From NCBI RefSeq assembly GCF_009914755.1, contig NC_060930.1: a stretch of DNA of 64,000 bases. One strand, written 5' to 3'. The DNA comes from the human T2T-CHM13v2.0 reference genome, Homo sapiens. Each line of letters begins with the position of its first letter. Position 1 is the stretch's first letter. Shown piece after piece: positions 32,099-48,420 of this stretch. The translations under genes and the position numbers were made by a program. The notes beneath the pieces were generated by a model. The model saw only the letters and a list, made by a program, of their open reading frames with translations, was not told the origin of the DNA and made no database searches.

Positions 32099-33785
32099 AA
32101 TAAACATTTAAAAATGAGAACCCCGCACATATTTTTTAAAGTAGTTTTTACAAACTCTTAAAAATATACAGAGCACTGAGGATAGGTAACACACTGAAAT
32201 GATCAATTCCATAAGAATGATATAAAAATGAAATAAACTGTCAATTATAGGATGAAATTAAGAAAAGCAGAGATGTAGAGTATGTCTCTACATACTAATT
32301 TTGGCTCAGAGAGTTATAAAAAGACTTTTCTGAATATGCATAAAACCGAGTATCAACCTTTGAAAATACTTCAATATTTAAAAGGACTTCAGTGTTTGAA
32401 TATTTACTTTATTTTCAAGGTAATACTTCCTAGGATACTTTTAAGGGTTTCCTCACATGCATCATTAAACGGGCAACGATATTCAATATAATTTCACTTA
32501 GGTATATGTAAAACGAGAAAAATAAAATAAATGCCCTAGTGACTAAGAGGAACTGCCTGAGGCCAATGCATGAAAAATGAAACTTTTATTTTTAAAAAAA
32601 TCATGCTGAAGAAAATATAAGAACTAAATATCTAACAAATGACCATTTGATGACACCAAAAAAAAAGGTTATGTGGGAAGAAATACATTATAATTCCAAG
32701 ATAAAAGCATTCTCACCTAAGTCATAACTGTGTAAATAAAAGACAGGAATAGTAAACATAGTGATAGGCACAATAGTGTATATTGTAGGCACAATAAATG
32801 TATATTCTTGGCTTTTATATATACTCAAAATTTTCCATAATTTAAAATAAATTAAACATCAAATGAAAACAAAAAATATATTTTTCTGAATATTGAGGAC
32901 CATGTCTCTTTTTTAAATGTCTTGCTCTTTAATTAGAACAAGCATCTCTGAATGGAAGCAAAAATAACTATGAATCTTAACTAGTTGGCTCTGATAGTTA
33001 TGTACCTATGGAATATGAAAAAAGGTACCACTGCATCACCATAGGTGATTAAAAAGCATTTTTTAATGTTTCCAGAAGTATACATGTTTCCATTCTAAAA
33101 TGAAAAAAGTATATACACCTAGACTACAGATATTCGAAACTATATCAAGGCAAGTCACAACTTACAGGTCTTAGACTAACATAAGTCTCAAAGTTCTTTG
33201 TCTTTGTTCAGAGGCAAGTATAATGTCCCAACAAAAAAGGATTTAGGAGAAGAAAGAAGTAGACACTTCCCTTTCTACCAATTCATATCAAGATACGTAA
33301 TATTTTTCATTAAATACATTATGGCATTTTCCCTGAAACCAAAGAACATGAAATGTCTCTTAAAGATATGAAAAGGAAGATGCAAAAATGAAGACATATC
33401 GAAATGAATCAATAAATATTGGCTGAATATCTCCTATGTGCCAAAACCAACCTAAATGAATATTTGGGTTTATATCTGTTTTTCTGTTACCACAAACAAT
33501 ATATATTTTTGTATTTTAAATGAAAAGATAAACACCAATAAAATTAATAATTTACATTTTTCTTGAGCTCCCCTCAATCCATGAGACTAAATTGAGTACT
33601 GTATTGAGGAAAAAGTCTTAATGTTTTCTGGAGATTAAAAGAGCATGTAGGTATATTACGAAAGAAATAAAATCCTGGCATATATCATTAGTATACCACT
33701 GCAGGAAGTGGGAATTCTCCCATACTGTAAAAGCAAAGAAGTACAGTATTCTTGGCAGAAATTTGCCAATATCAAAACTATAGAA

Positions 33786-34117
<332 letters not shown>

Positions 34118-34885
34118 TAAAACTATGTATAACTCTTAACAATTATACATTTACAAATTTATACCAAGAAAAAACATTAAACATGTAATCAGAAGTTTCA
34201 TTACAAGGGCATTTGTTACAAGATGAAAAATTACCCTAAATTTCCAATAATACTATAAAGTATAACATGGAATAAAATATTATACAAATGTTGGGAACCT
34301 ACATAGCCATTTGTATTGTGGACAAATATTAAATGTGAGGGGGAAAGCTTGTGTTTCCAAGTAAGATGTAGTCGTCTACTTGGGAGCCATTACTTCTGCT
34401 TCAGTAATTAGGGGGAAATAAGAATACATATCAAAAACACATTTTTGCAGACACTGGAGATCTATGGAAGCAACAAAAAAAATCACTGAAATAAACTCCA
34501 AAGAGGGAAGTGGCCTTCCAAGATGAGCTGAATTGCTGTTGTCTTTCATGGGGCATTTGCTGATTCTGACCCTGAGATTAGGCTTGGGCTTGGCATGGGC
34601 AGAGAAACTCTGTCTATTTTAAACTTTACCAAGAAAAAGAGAAACTAGTGGATTTCTTGACAATTGCGTGGTTTGGCACGACAGAATGAAACCCGAAGGA
34701 GTCCCAAATGTGTTGCTGTTTTCTTCACAGGACATTCGTTGAATGCTGAGTTGTACAGGAGGCTAGGGTGTGGAGTAGAGCTGGGATGACAGAGTGAAAT
34801 CTCCTGAGTGTTTAGGAGAAAAGTCCCACTAGGGAAAGAAGTCTACAACAACCATAGGAAAAAAGTCTTCCCTTTAAGAAATTTA

Positions 34886-35201
<316 letters not shown>

Positions 35202-36905
35202 GCAATCTACCAAATTTTGGAGAATAAAGAGCTAAACACAAAACTCTCAAGGACAGATAAGAAATCTCCGACAGTATTTAAGGGATAAGAAGATAGAAAT
35301 ATGCCTGCCTATCAATTAAAAGTTCAAGAGGGTCACAGCTAAGAAGCAGAGATAAAACAGAAACAGATAAGGTCAATGAAAATGAAAACCCAGACCCAAC
35401 CCGACTCAACTGCATTTGTTGAAGTAATCAGCTTCTTACCCTATCTGGCTAACAGAGGAAAAGGAGAATCTCTGTGAGTGAAAATAAAATCATCTCCAAG
35501 TCTCAATAGTTTTTTAATACAAAATGTCTGGGATACGAGACATGCAAAGAGCCAGCAAGTTGTGACCAATAAACAAAAGCAAACACACACAAAAGCTGAC
35601 CTACAGATAATTCGGATGCTGGAGTTTATAGACAAGGACTTTAAGATAATTATGACAAATACGGTAAAGAATATAGAGAAAAAGATAAAATGGATAAAAG
35701 ATATAAACAACTTCAAAAAAGAATCAGCATCAAAGAAATCACATAATCTAGCACCAAAACATACAATACCTGAAAACAATAATTCAATGTATGGGCTTAC
35801 AAGTTAATTCAACAAAGTGGAAAAACAGTTTTGGTGAACTAAAATGCATGTCAATAGAAGGTATCTAAACTGAAGCAGAGATATAGAAAAAAAAAAAAAA
35901 GAAAACACACACACATAAAACAACAAAGCATAAGAAACAGAGGAGACACAGTTAAATGGTCTAACCTATGTATTACTGTAGCCCCAGAAAGAGAAGAAAG
36001 AGAATATGGAGCACAAGAAATATGTGAGATATAATGGATAAAAACATTTCAAAACTGATGAAAACATCAACCCACAGATTCAAGAAGCTCAGCAAAACTC
36101 AAGCAGGATAAAATAAGATAATTATAGTCTAAATGCCAAAACATGTTACCAAAATCCGAAAACACAGTGGAAAATCTTTTAAAATCAGCCAGAGAAAAAA
36201 GATACATTACTTTCAAAGGAGCAATAAAATTGACAGTAGACTTTGCCGTACAAACTATGGAAGCCAGAATACAACGTAGTGACATCTTTAGAGTAATAAA
36301 AGAAAAAAAAAAGTCTAAAAAAGATATTTTCAGACAAAAACTGGGAACTAGTTGCCAGCAGATCTGAACTATAAAAAAATACTAAAAGTGCTTCAGACTA
36401 AAGGAAAGTGATTTCATTTGGAAGCACTGAACTTCAGAAAGAAAGAGCATCAGAAAGAGTAAATATGTGACTAGATCTAAAATATAAAAATTATTTAAAA
36501 TCTATTGATTATTTAAACTGCTCCAAGTTTCTTTCCTTGTTCAGGAAGCAGTAAAATACAAAATGTAAGGTAGACTATAAAAGTCGAGGATGCAGGTTGT
36601 AATCTCTAGGGAATACTCAAAGAATAATATGAAAACTATTACTAAAGTGCTAATGTAGGAGAAAATGTAATACTAAGTTAATAAAAATAAAGCAAGAATG
36701 GAGGACTAAAAGAACAAAAAACATGTAAGACCAATAAAAAATAAATAAGACAAATAGTCAATATTATTGATATAGCCCCAACTATCAGTTGCCACATTAA
36801 ATGTAAATGATCTAATCATTCCTAATAAGAGATTTTTCAAATTAGACTGAACAATAACAGCAAAAAATGCAAGTATATTCATTTTAAAAAGGCACACTGT
36901 AAATA

Positions 36906-37143
36906 CAAGTTGAGTAACCCTAATAAAAAAATCTGAAATCTAAAATGCTCCAAAATCCAAAACTTTTTGAGTGCCAACATGATGCTCAAAGGAAATGCTC
37001 ATTGGAGCATTTCTGATTTCCAATTTTCAGATTAGGGATGCTCAACTGGCAATTATAATGCAAATATTCCCAAATTCAAAAATATAAAAAAAATCCAAAA
37101 CACTTCTGGTCCCAAGCATTTTATATAGAAAAGATACTTAAGT
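36906..37143 (+). mobile_element. Tigger4a/MER46A TcMar MITE
   Basis: caagttgagtaaccctaa...aatgctccaaaatcc...ggaaatgctcattggagcattt...cacttctggtcccaagcattt. Confidence 0.85.
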
Positions 37144-38953
37144 ATTAGGACACAGGTAGGTTGAAAGTGAAATGATGCATAAAGATGTACCATCCAAATA
37201 TTAAATAAATGTTATCATTATATATTAATATCAGACAAAATTGACTTTAAGATAAAAATTATTATAAGAGAAAAAAGGAACGTTTCATAATGATAAAGAG
37301 GTAAATTCAATAGGAAAATATAACAGTCCCAAATGTACCTAATAGCATGGCTTCAAAACATATACAGAAAAAAATGCACAGAACTAAAAAAGCAGATATA
37401 GAAATCTACAATCATAGGTAGAGATCTTAAAACACTTTCTCAGTGATGATCAAACAAACAGACAAAAATTATCAGTGAGGATATAGATTTGAATAACATT
37501 ATTAGCCAAGTTCATCTAACTGACTTACCTGGAACACTACACCTAACAACTGTGTACCATATTCTGGGCCGTAAAGTACTTCTCAACAAATTTCAAAGGA
37601 CTGAAATAATGAAAAATGTGTTCTCTCACCATAATATAATTAAACCACAGAACAATAAAGAAAGATATATTTGGAAATTGGGCAACTCAGTTCATAACCC
37701 AAAGGTCAAAGAAGAAATCATACTGAAAATTAGAAGGTATTTAAACTGAACAATATATATATGTTGTTATATATAAGGTAATGAAAGTCTAATAGATAAA
37801 ATGTCTGGGATGCAGAACAAATTATACCTTTAAATGTAGATATTGGAAAAGGAGCAAGGTTGAAAATCAATGCTCCAAGCTTTCATCTAGTAAACGAACA
37901 GCATATCATCTTCAAAGTAGAAGGGTATAATAAAGAAAGCTGAAATCAGTGAAATAAAAAGCAAACATGCAATAAAGAAAATAGTGTCAAAATGTGGTTC
38001 TTTACAAAAATTAATAAAGTTGATAAACTCCTAGGCAGACTTCTCATGAAAGAGAGAGAAATAAAAATTAACGCTAAGCCCTCATAAACAAAAAGACGGT
38101 CATCCGTACAGATGATAGAGCATTAAAAGCAAAGGACATTTGGAACAACTTTATGCCAATAAATATAACAACATGGGTAAAATGAAAAAATTTCTTAAAA
38201 TCACATGTAAGCATGACACAAGGAAAAAATGGAGACTCTGAATTGCTCCATATCTGTTAACAGAATTTATAATAATCTGAAATTCTTCTTTTTGTTGTCT
38301 ATCTGCTCCAAGAGAATGTAAGCTCCATAAGAGCAGGAACCTTAACAGCCTTGCTGACCAATGAATCTCCGGTACTTGAATCATCAGAATACCTGACACG
38401 CTGCAGGTGATTATGAAATACTTGTGAAATGAAGAAAGAATGCATCCACTTCCTACCAAGAACCAGGCTGAGATAACTGGTAAATACGTCAGTTCATACA
38501 AGATACAAATAATCTTTTAACTTCCTTCAGTGATCTAAACTCTGATCTTGATAAAACTATATTACTAGAAACTACATCCTTGGACCACCTTAAACAAGTG
38601 AATTGCATATCACTTTCACTGTGTTACATTATTCACTGTGTTACATCTTAATGTTACTGGAGTTCACGACTTCAATAAAAATACTGATGTTGTTTATATA
38701 GCTTTTATTGATTGTTGTTTATGTAGATTTTATTTACACAGGGTCTGTCATGAGAAATTCCTTTAATTTACTGCTAGGGAGAGTTTAACTTCCTCTGAAG
38801 AATTGGTATATGATTTTTTTTTTCATTCTATCACTAAAAAGCATATTGGCTTGAAGCTTAGTCATAGCAAGCATGTTGATACTTATTATTGCCATATTTA
38901 CATTCTCTAATTTCTTTGTGTTAACTTTCATATGTATTTTATCATTTTGTTAA

Positions 38954-39265
<312 letters not shown>

Positions 39266-39302
39266 CATTTTGTTGGTTTTGTAGATGTTAAAATAATGAT
39301 GA

Positions 39303-39611
<309 letters not shown>

Positions 39612-39649
39612 AATCTCCACTTTAACTGAAGATGCTATCTCAGACATTT

Positions 39650-39960
39650 TAGGGTAAGAGTGTTACAGTATCAAACAACTTGCAAATCCCAGTGGCTTGC
39701 AACTCCTGTTCATGCCACATGTCTGTGTCATGAACTCTGTGTCATGGTTCAGCTCTGCTCCACATTGTCTTCCATCTGGGATCCAGCCTGAAGGAGCAGC
39801 CTTCTCATGGAAATGGCCAAGGAAAAAGTACATGTGGTACAATCACAAAATTGCTCTCAAAGCTTCTGCTTAGAATGCACATCAATCAAGACACACAACC
39901 AAGTCTGGTGTCAAGGGTGGGAATATTTAATCTTCCTACAAATGAGGACAGTGTAGTTCT
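39650..39960 (-). mobile_element. MLT1-type MaLR LTR fragment
   Basis: aaatcccagtggcttg...ggatccagcctgaaggagcagcc...ctctcaaagcttctgc. Confidence 0.5.
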
Positions 39961-40878
39961 AACAATAATACAACAGCATAGATGACGGTCTCTATCAAAG
40001 AAAGCTGTGATTAACATCAAATGGTAAAAGAATCTATAGTACCTGCCTCTGCTTACTGAGCACCTACCAGGTACAAGGCATTGAATGAGACATTTCAGGC
40101 ATAATACTTCTAATTCTGACAACTCTTTAAAGTAGGGGGAATTCCTTACCAACAAGGAAATTGAAGCACAGGAATATTAAGTTATGCAGTGTGGAAGTGG
40201 TCAAGCAGGAACTCTACCCAGTTCTGCTGGATTCCATAAGCCTAGGCCCTTTTCTTTGTATGGCTCTGCCTACCCTTTGGTTTGTACTAACAATTTTTGT
40301 AGTTCTTTTTCATTATTTTCTGGGTTTTTTTTATTTTTGTTTTTAATAAAAGGGAGTTGAATTAAACAGGAAAAATAAATATTGCTTTTATATTAAGGAT
40401 AAAGCTTGTATTGCTTTTATATTAAGGATAAAACTTGTATTCTATATACAACAGAAACAGATGCTGATATATTCTAAGAAAAAAATGGTATTTTTCACAA
40501 TATATTTGATCACTCTCATAAAACAAAAGACTAATATTTCAAAAAGACTTACATGGCAGTACTGCTGAAATGCACCCATAAAAACACACCAAACGAGTTT
40601 TATAATGCTGAGAATGTCACAGTTTAGCAAAAGGATACATAAATATGAACAATATGTAAATCTATACATAAAGAAATCTAAACAATGATTAAAAGTGCAA
40701 AACTATCTATAAAGATAGAGAAATAAAATGATGAAGCTAAATTGGGTAAGACTTTAAGAAGGAAATAAATCTTAGAGAACTATACATTTACATATTAAGA
40801 GAAATTTAGTGGCTATCTTTGAGTAACCATACGAAGTTATTTCCACTCCTGTTGATTTTTTTTTTATTTTAGCACTAA

Positions 40879-41214
<336 letters not shown>

Positions 41215-41959
41215 TAATTTGCACTATTTAATTCATTATTTCATTTAAAAGATGTAAACTTCTCTTTTGAGCTTTCAAAGCAATAGGTTTTTGTTCCAGA
41301 ATTGCCTTATGATTAGTACTGTATTTGTCACCTGATTGCAAACTAGCTTAAAAGCAGTTAAGTCTTTGATATAGAGTGATGAAGTCTTCACAAAAAAAGA
41401 CTTTTCACTTTTTGCATCCGCACTGAGACATTCAACAGAAATCAAAAATAAAGGAAATATTCTTGGACTGATCATTTCTAGCTGGAATATGTACTTTCCA
41501 ACAAAGAAGACACTGAGCTCAAGTCAAGTTCTTGCTATTTTTCCTTGTTTGTGATATAACAGTTGTGATTCTTTCTATGAGACACAAAGGTAATTTAATT
41601 AGAATTTCATGTTTTTTTTTATCTCTAGGGATATTTCTGAAATTAACACTCATAAAATAACTCAGAAACAAAGCAGGACAGCATGTGAAGAAACTAATGC
41701 TGAATCACCCTGCTGCTGTGATCTGCTGGTGGGGGTATAACCCTCCAATTCAGACTACTTATTTGTGTACATATCTTGTTATAATAGAAAACTCAGGAAC
41801 AAAAATAAAAGAACCCCAAGTTCTAACTGTGTTTTTCCAGTCCTTTTACCACGCACATATTTTTTTTCCAAAAAAAGAGAATCACCCTATTTTTATGATC
41901 TGCTGTTTAATTGATGAAATATCATGACGCATGTTACTATTAAACATTTTTCAAAACCA

Positions 41960-42540
41960 CAATTTTCTTCTGGGTATATACTTAAAATAATTAAAAGTAG
42001 AACCTTAAAGAGATATTTATACACCAATGTTTAAAGTAGCATCATTTACAATAGCCAAAAAAGTTGGAAACGATTTAAATGTCCATCAAGAGATGAATGG
42101 ATAAACAAAATGTGGTATATACATACAACACAATTATTATTCAACCTTACAAAGGAAGAAAATTCAGACATATGCTACAATGCAGAGGAAGATTTGAGGG
42201 CCTTATGCTTAGCAAAATAAGCTAGCCACACACACACACACACACACAAAACCCAAAGCAAATATAATACCACTTACATGAGGTACCTAGAGTAGTCAAA
42301 TTCAGAGAGATTTATAGAAAGACAGAAAGTAATGGTGGTGCCCAGGGCCGGCGGAAGGAGAGAATGGGCAACTGTTGTCTAACAGATACAGACTTTTAGT
42401 CATGCAAGATGAAAAAATTTTCTGTGGATGGATGGTGATGATGGTTGCATAACAATATGAATGTACTTAATGCCACTGAACTGTACACTTAAAATGGTTA
42501 AAAGAGTAAATTTTATGTTATATATATTTTACCACCAAAT
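41960..42540 (+). mobile_element. L1M (L1MB-like) 3' fragment with an internal (CA)n at about 42227-42248
   Basis: aaatgtccatca...gatgaatggataaacaaaatgtggtatatacatac...aatgccactgaactgtacacttaaaatggttaa. Confidence 0.85.
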
Positions 42541-43527
42541 TTTGAATAAATGATATTCCATCCTTTGGAAACGTGATCCTTTGCTTAACAACTTATCTAT
42601 TTTTGGATATTTAGATTTCTTCCAATTTTTTGTTACCATAAAGTTCAGTGTCATGAACACCATTGCAGATCTTTGTTTCCATATCTACCATTTCTTTAGG
42701 ATAGTTTCCCAGTGACAGAACTGGATCAAAGAACATGAATTATTTCAAAGCTCTTGATGCACAATACCAAACTGCTTTCCAGAAAGGTCTTTACCAATTC
42801 ACATTCTCAAGAGCAGTGTAGGAGAGTGACTTTTACAGTGTACCCATGCAAAAATAAATTATTCTCATCTCTTCTCATCTTTGCCAATTGATTACAACAA
42901 AAAAGAATAGCTCAAATTTGATTACTCTTAAGGGTGAATAGTTTTCATATGTACACTTACTCTTGCAATAACTGCCCCAATTCTTTAAACAACAATGCAA
43001 ACCCATATTCTGAGAAGGCTGGAAAGATGGGAAGAGATACCCTTGGAAGAGCTCTGCAGGGGAGGAAGGGGCGGGGCTGGGGGTGTAGATTTAATCTTGG
43101 AGGCTATGAAGAACAGTAAAGATTTAGGAGGAAGGGAGTGACAGCAAATATGGGGAAAATCTAAATATTTCATGCAAGGGGAATAGTCACATTAACCTAT
43201 TATGATTAATCTATGCTGTCAGATGGAACCACGAAAGCAGAATCTTCCAGGGCAAACAATTTCACATTGTTAAAAAATTCCCTAAGCAATTCTGATGTTC
43301 TCAGCCAGATTTGCAAACAATCGCTTTGGTTCACTAAGTGAAATCACTCCTATTCTTCCATATTCTCCTTCCTTTTCAGTATAATGCCTGGCAAATATCT
43401 AGTTCTCTCACTCATTTCTCTAATAACTGAATTACATAAAGCAAGCCTTAGTTTCTCTCCTTAGGTGCTCCATCTTTGTTAGTCAATTAGGAGACCTCTA
43501 CAGAGACATAGTAAATACTCTTATTCT

Positions 43528-44123
<596 letters not shown>

Positions 44124-45344
44124 TCAACTTGGTCATGCCATAACACAGCTTCATCCAATCCATCATCTGCTGAATGTGGTATTAAATCAAGGTCAAAGCA
44201 TGAGACCAATGTTCCAGGGCACTTGTTTACAAAGCAGCTATGGACACACTGTGTGTTTTACCCAAGTTCCTAGGTCATCCTGGAACTAGCGATCCCTTAG
44301 GAATCCTGTACATCTATCTGGTCACCAATGAGCTGGTGTCATGCTGAGTTACTAAAAACTTTTCAGGCCTTGTGTTCTAAAAATAAAAATCATCCAAAAT
44401 TTGGGGACTCATATAATAGACACAATAAAGGACTAAGCAAAAATAATGTTAATGCAACAACAGTGAGATAAAACTCTGGAGGTGGGGAGAGAGGGGGAAG
44501 GAGGGTGGTAAAAATGAAGAGAACACTGAGAAACATAACTCGAAGCCAAGACAAAGGAAACAAGGCTAATCTGGCAAATGGAAAATTGACATTGGTCTTT
44601 ATTTGTCTGTTGATTAGTTTGTTATATAACTCTTCCAAAGTAGAGCCAACCCCATTAATAATGTAAAAACTAAATCTTTATTAGGCACACATTACTGTTT
44701 GAATAGCACTGTCACTGACGTAAAAGAAAACTAGTTGATAAGGCCAGGCTCGCTGTTCTTCCCCAAGTTACTATGGAAAAATGAACATATTAATGCTAAA
44801 AACAGACTTAATGCTTTTAATTTCCTGGCTATGGATCTTTTTTGGCATTATAACAAGAAAGACATGATTATGCTAATACAGTACAAGCACCTAATTTCCT
44901 TTCAGAGTTCTCAAAATGACTTCATATCTTCCCTTAAGAATGAGAACACCGTTTTCTCCAAAATCAAATGTGATTTCAGGCAAGTACTGCCTATCCTACA
45001 TGGTGCCACAATAGCCCTGATATATGAAATTCAGACAGGGCCTGTGTAAAAATTATGCAGACTCTATACATTTTCCCTCATTAGCTAAAATGTTTAGCTA
45101 CATCCAGAAAGAAAAAAAAAGACTTTTAGAAATATTTTAGAACAAGGGAAATTTAATATAGTCAATGTCCATTTTGAACATGGATAAATATATCAAATAT
45201 GTAAAGACATACAAAATGGCGGGGGAGCAGAAAAAAATACAAAATTATTCACTAAAGATGTATTAACACCAAGGATATAACACTAAAGGCTTACTAAATT
45301 TCAGGACTTTAACATATGTTGTTTCATTTAATCCTCACAACAAA

Positions 45345-45802
45345 GCACTCATCCCAAAGAGGTTAGTCTAAACCGGTTGTAATAATCCCATCCTCTTTGC
45401 TAGTGATTTGTGTAGTTTGAGGCTGATGAAATACTAGAAGCATGAAGGCATAAAGAAAGTCTGGAGTAAGTTTTTACAAGCATGTTTTCTCAGTCCTAAG
45501 AGAAAGATACAGGAAAACATTGCCTCAGTTCCCCTCGACACTGGTGCAGCTAATCTGGGTTGGTCTTGGAATGGCCATAGCCATCTTGCAATCCCGAGTA
45601 GGGGCAGCCCAAGGTCAAAGCCACCCATGGCCATAGCAAGAAAAAGGACCTGACTGATGTCTTTCAGCTGCTGGTTCAACCTGCACTTGAGCCAGTCCTA
45701 CTTCTGAACTTCATGTTTTAGGAGATACACTTTCTTATGATTAAATCCATTGGAGTAAGGTGTTCTGCTACTTGCAATATGCCAAGAGCATTCTAACTCA
45801 TC
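45345..45802 (+). mobile_element. MLT1-type MaLR LTR
   Basis: 3' end ttaaatccattggagtaaggtgttctgctacttgca...gcattctaact. Confidence 0.55.
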
Positions 45803-46125
45803 TACGCAAGTGTTAATTTTTTTTAAGTAATAAAACAGAATATTCTAAGGGTAATTTGCCCAAGATCACACTGTTTCCAAGTATTGTGTAAACACTGATC
45901 CCTTGTGAGTCTCCCATTAGTTCATACTTCTTCAACAAAACTGAAATCTAGACATTTCTGGAAATGTCTATTCCTGGAAACTTCAGGAAGGAGGGCCTAG
46001 GATACAGTAAAAACAACACTGGATCTGAAAAAATAAGATCTGAAATTTTATTAATCACAGGGCAACACGAAATTCACTGGAGTTCTTTGATTTTTAATTT
46101 CATCAGTTGCAAAATGGGAAGAAGT

Positions 46126-46413
46126 GACCAGGTGTGGTGGCTCCCATCTGTAATCCCAGCACTTTGGGAAGCTGGGGTGTTAGTATCACTTTGCTCCAGG
46201 TATTTGAGACTAGCCTGGGCCACATAGCGAGATCCCATCTCTACAAAAAATAAAAAATGAGCCAGGCATGGCGGCATACACCTGTGGTCCCAGCTACTTG
46301 GGAGGCTGAAGTGGGAGGATCACTTGAGCCCAGGAGTTCAGGGCTGCAGCGAGCTGTGATCTGCACTGGGCGACAGAATGAGACCCTATCTCAATTTTTT
46401 TTTTAAAAAAAAA
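46126..46413 (+). mobile_element. AluJ inserted within a MIR
   Basis: Dimer flanked by MIR core text (tttcatcagttgcaaaatggga / cctacttcacaaggtt). Confidence 0.9.
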
Positions 46414-47209
46414 AGGAAGAAAAATGTCAGCCTTGCCTACTTCACAAGGTTCCTGTAAGCCTCCCTCATTAGTAACATGCACAGAAACGTTGTGTGAACT
46501 CTAAGGGTTAAGGGCTCAATTATTATTAATATTTCTACCTATGTGAGCAAATACTGCATATAACAAAATTTTCTAAATAAGTCATACTGCATAGGAATTC
46601 AGCATAACCATTTCATGGTTATTTCTTTTTAGATTTGCTTAAAAAAGAAAATGTGGAGATAATCTGGCAATGAGAACTTCTGTGGTCCTCTAAGGCATGG
46701 TGATTTGTCCCTAACACTTCCTTGGATCATCTCCAGGGGTTAAGTTTGCCACTTCAGAAACTTGATGGCTGTTTTTTAGGATGTAAGTCTCAGCTCTTTA
46801 GTCACAAATTCTCACCCCTTGAAAGCTGGCTCTCCTCCCAGCTTCTCACCCTCTCTGCTGTCATCTTGCTCCTTCTCCTGCAGCCCAAGTTGTCCTCTAA
46901 CTAGCATGTGACGGGCACCACTGCTGCCTTTAACTGATTTAAATCTTTATATTGAAAAGCTATGAGAAAAATGCCACAGCCTTTTAAATACAAATTGCAT
47001 TATTTCAGCCATTCTCAAGAGCTGGGATGAACAAAAATAACTAAGGAAATGACAATGCAAAACATCAAATGTTAGAGAACTATGTTTTTAATGCTTAAAT
47101 TAGGATGTATTCATTCAAACCATTCACTCTCTGTCTCACATAAGAGTCAAGAATCACAGTTTGTTGCAACAATATACTGTAATTCAGCACACTTAGAAAA
47201 ATCTAAACC

Positions 47210-47516
47210 AGCCAGGCGCGGTGGCTCACGCCTGTAATCCCAGCACTTTGGGAGGTGAGGCAGGTGGATCTGGAGCCCAGGAGTTCAGGATCAGCCTGGG
47301 CAACATAGGGAAACCTTGTCTCTGCAAAAAAAAAAATACAAAAAGTAGCTGGGCATGGTGGCACGCGCCTGTAGTCCCAGCTACTCAGCAGGCTGAGACA
47401 GGAGGATTGCTTGAACCCAGGAGTTCAAGGCTGCAGTGAGCCAAGATTGTACCCCTGCACTTGAGCCTGGATGACAGAGCAAGATCCTGCTCTAAAACAA
47501 TAATAATAATAATAAT
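47210..47516 (+). mobile_element. AluJ
   Basis: TSD aatctaaacca. Confidence 0.92.
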
Positions 47517-48420
47517 CTAAACCATTTTCCCCCTATTTTCTGTTTTCACATTCTGAACCCACAACTAAAGCTATCGGAAAATAGATCACATTAGAGACTC
47601 TCTGTAGCACTAAAACGCTGCCATTTAGTACTTGAATCAGATAATATGCCCAGGAGAGTAAAACTTCCTCCCTCCACTGTGGGTCAGGAACATTTATTAA
47701 TATTATTAAAAAAGAGAATTGCAGAAAGAGTTCGATGAGCCATTGTAATCACAACTGCTTGGGTTCTCTTTCCATTGAGTTGGAACTCTTATCCTTAAAC
47801 TTTCCATGATCAGTGGCTTACTGTTTATTCAAGTCAACAGAAAATGATTCAGTCCATGGAAAGAAGCCTGAGGGACTGACTACCTGCCCTAACACCTCAC
47901 TCCTTATGCCAGCAACAGCATTTAAGAAATGAAAACCCAGAGGATTATGACTCAAAAGAAAAAAACAAGGGTCAGTTGAAACATCCCTTTGGGACCCATG
48001 ACTAATGAGGGGCATAATCCTGGGTATATCTGGCCAGATGCCTGACAACCTCAGCAGCCCTCCTCCCTGTGAGCACCTTGACAGGGCAGGTTTCCTTCTT
48101 AGCTCCAACAGAAAGGGAGGTTGGGGACAAGGCCAACAGAAATAAGACTATGTTTGCACTACAGCGGAAACTGGACAAAACACTAAGAAATACCAAAATA
48201 GCTTTATAAGCAAGAGCATGAAAAGGCATCCATTTTAAGATTGGGGAGTGGGGGCTCCCTTTTAGTGTTAAATAGGACAAATGGATATAATGACAATAAT
48301 GGCAGGTTATGGATAGGTCCTCTACAGTAAAAGTGGCATTCTTACATTACTAAATAAATCAGTAAGTGTCATGTGCAAGATCAACTCCTGAAGACTGTCC
48401 CATTAGAAGTCTTTGAGCTC

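Noticed and set aside
35441-37749. ORFs at 35478, 36143 and 37489
   Set aside because: Decayed L1M ORF1/ORF2 remnants
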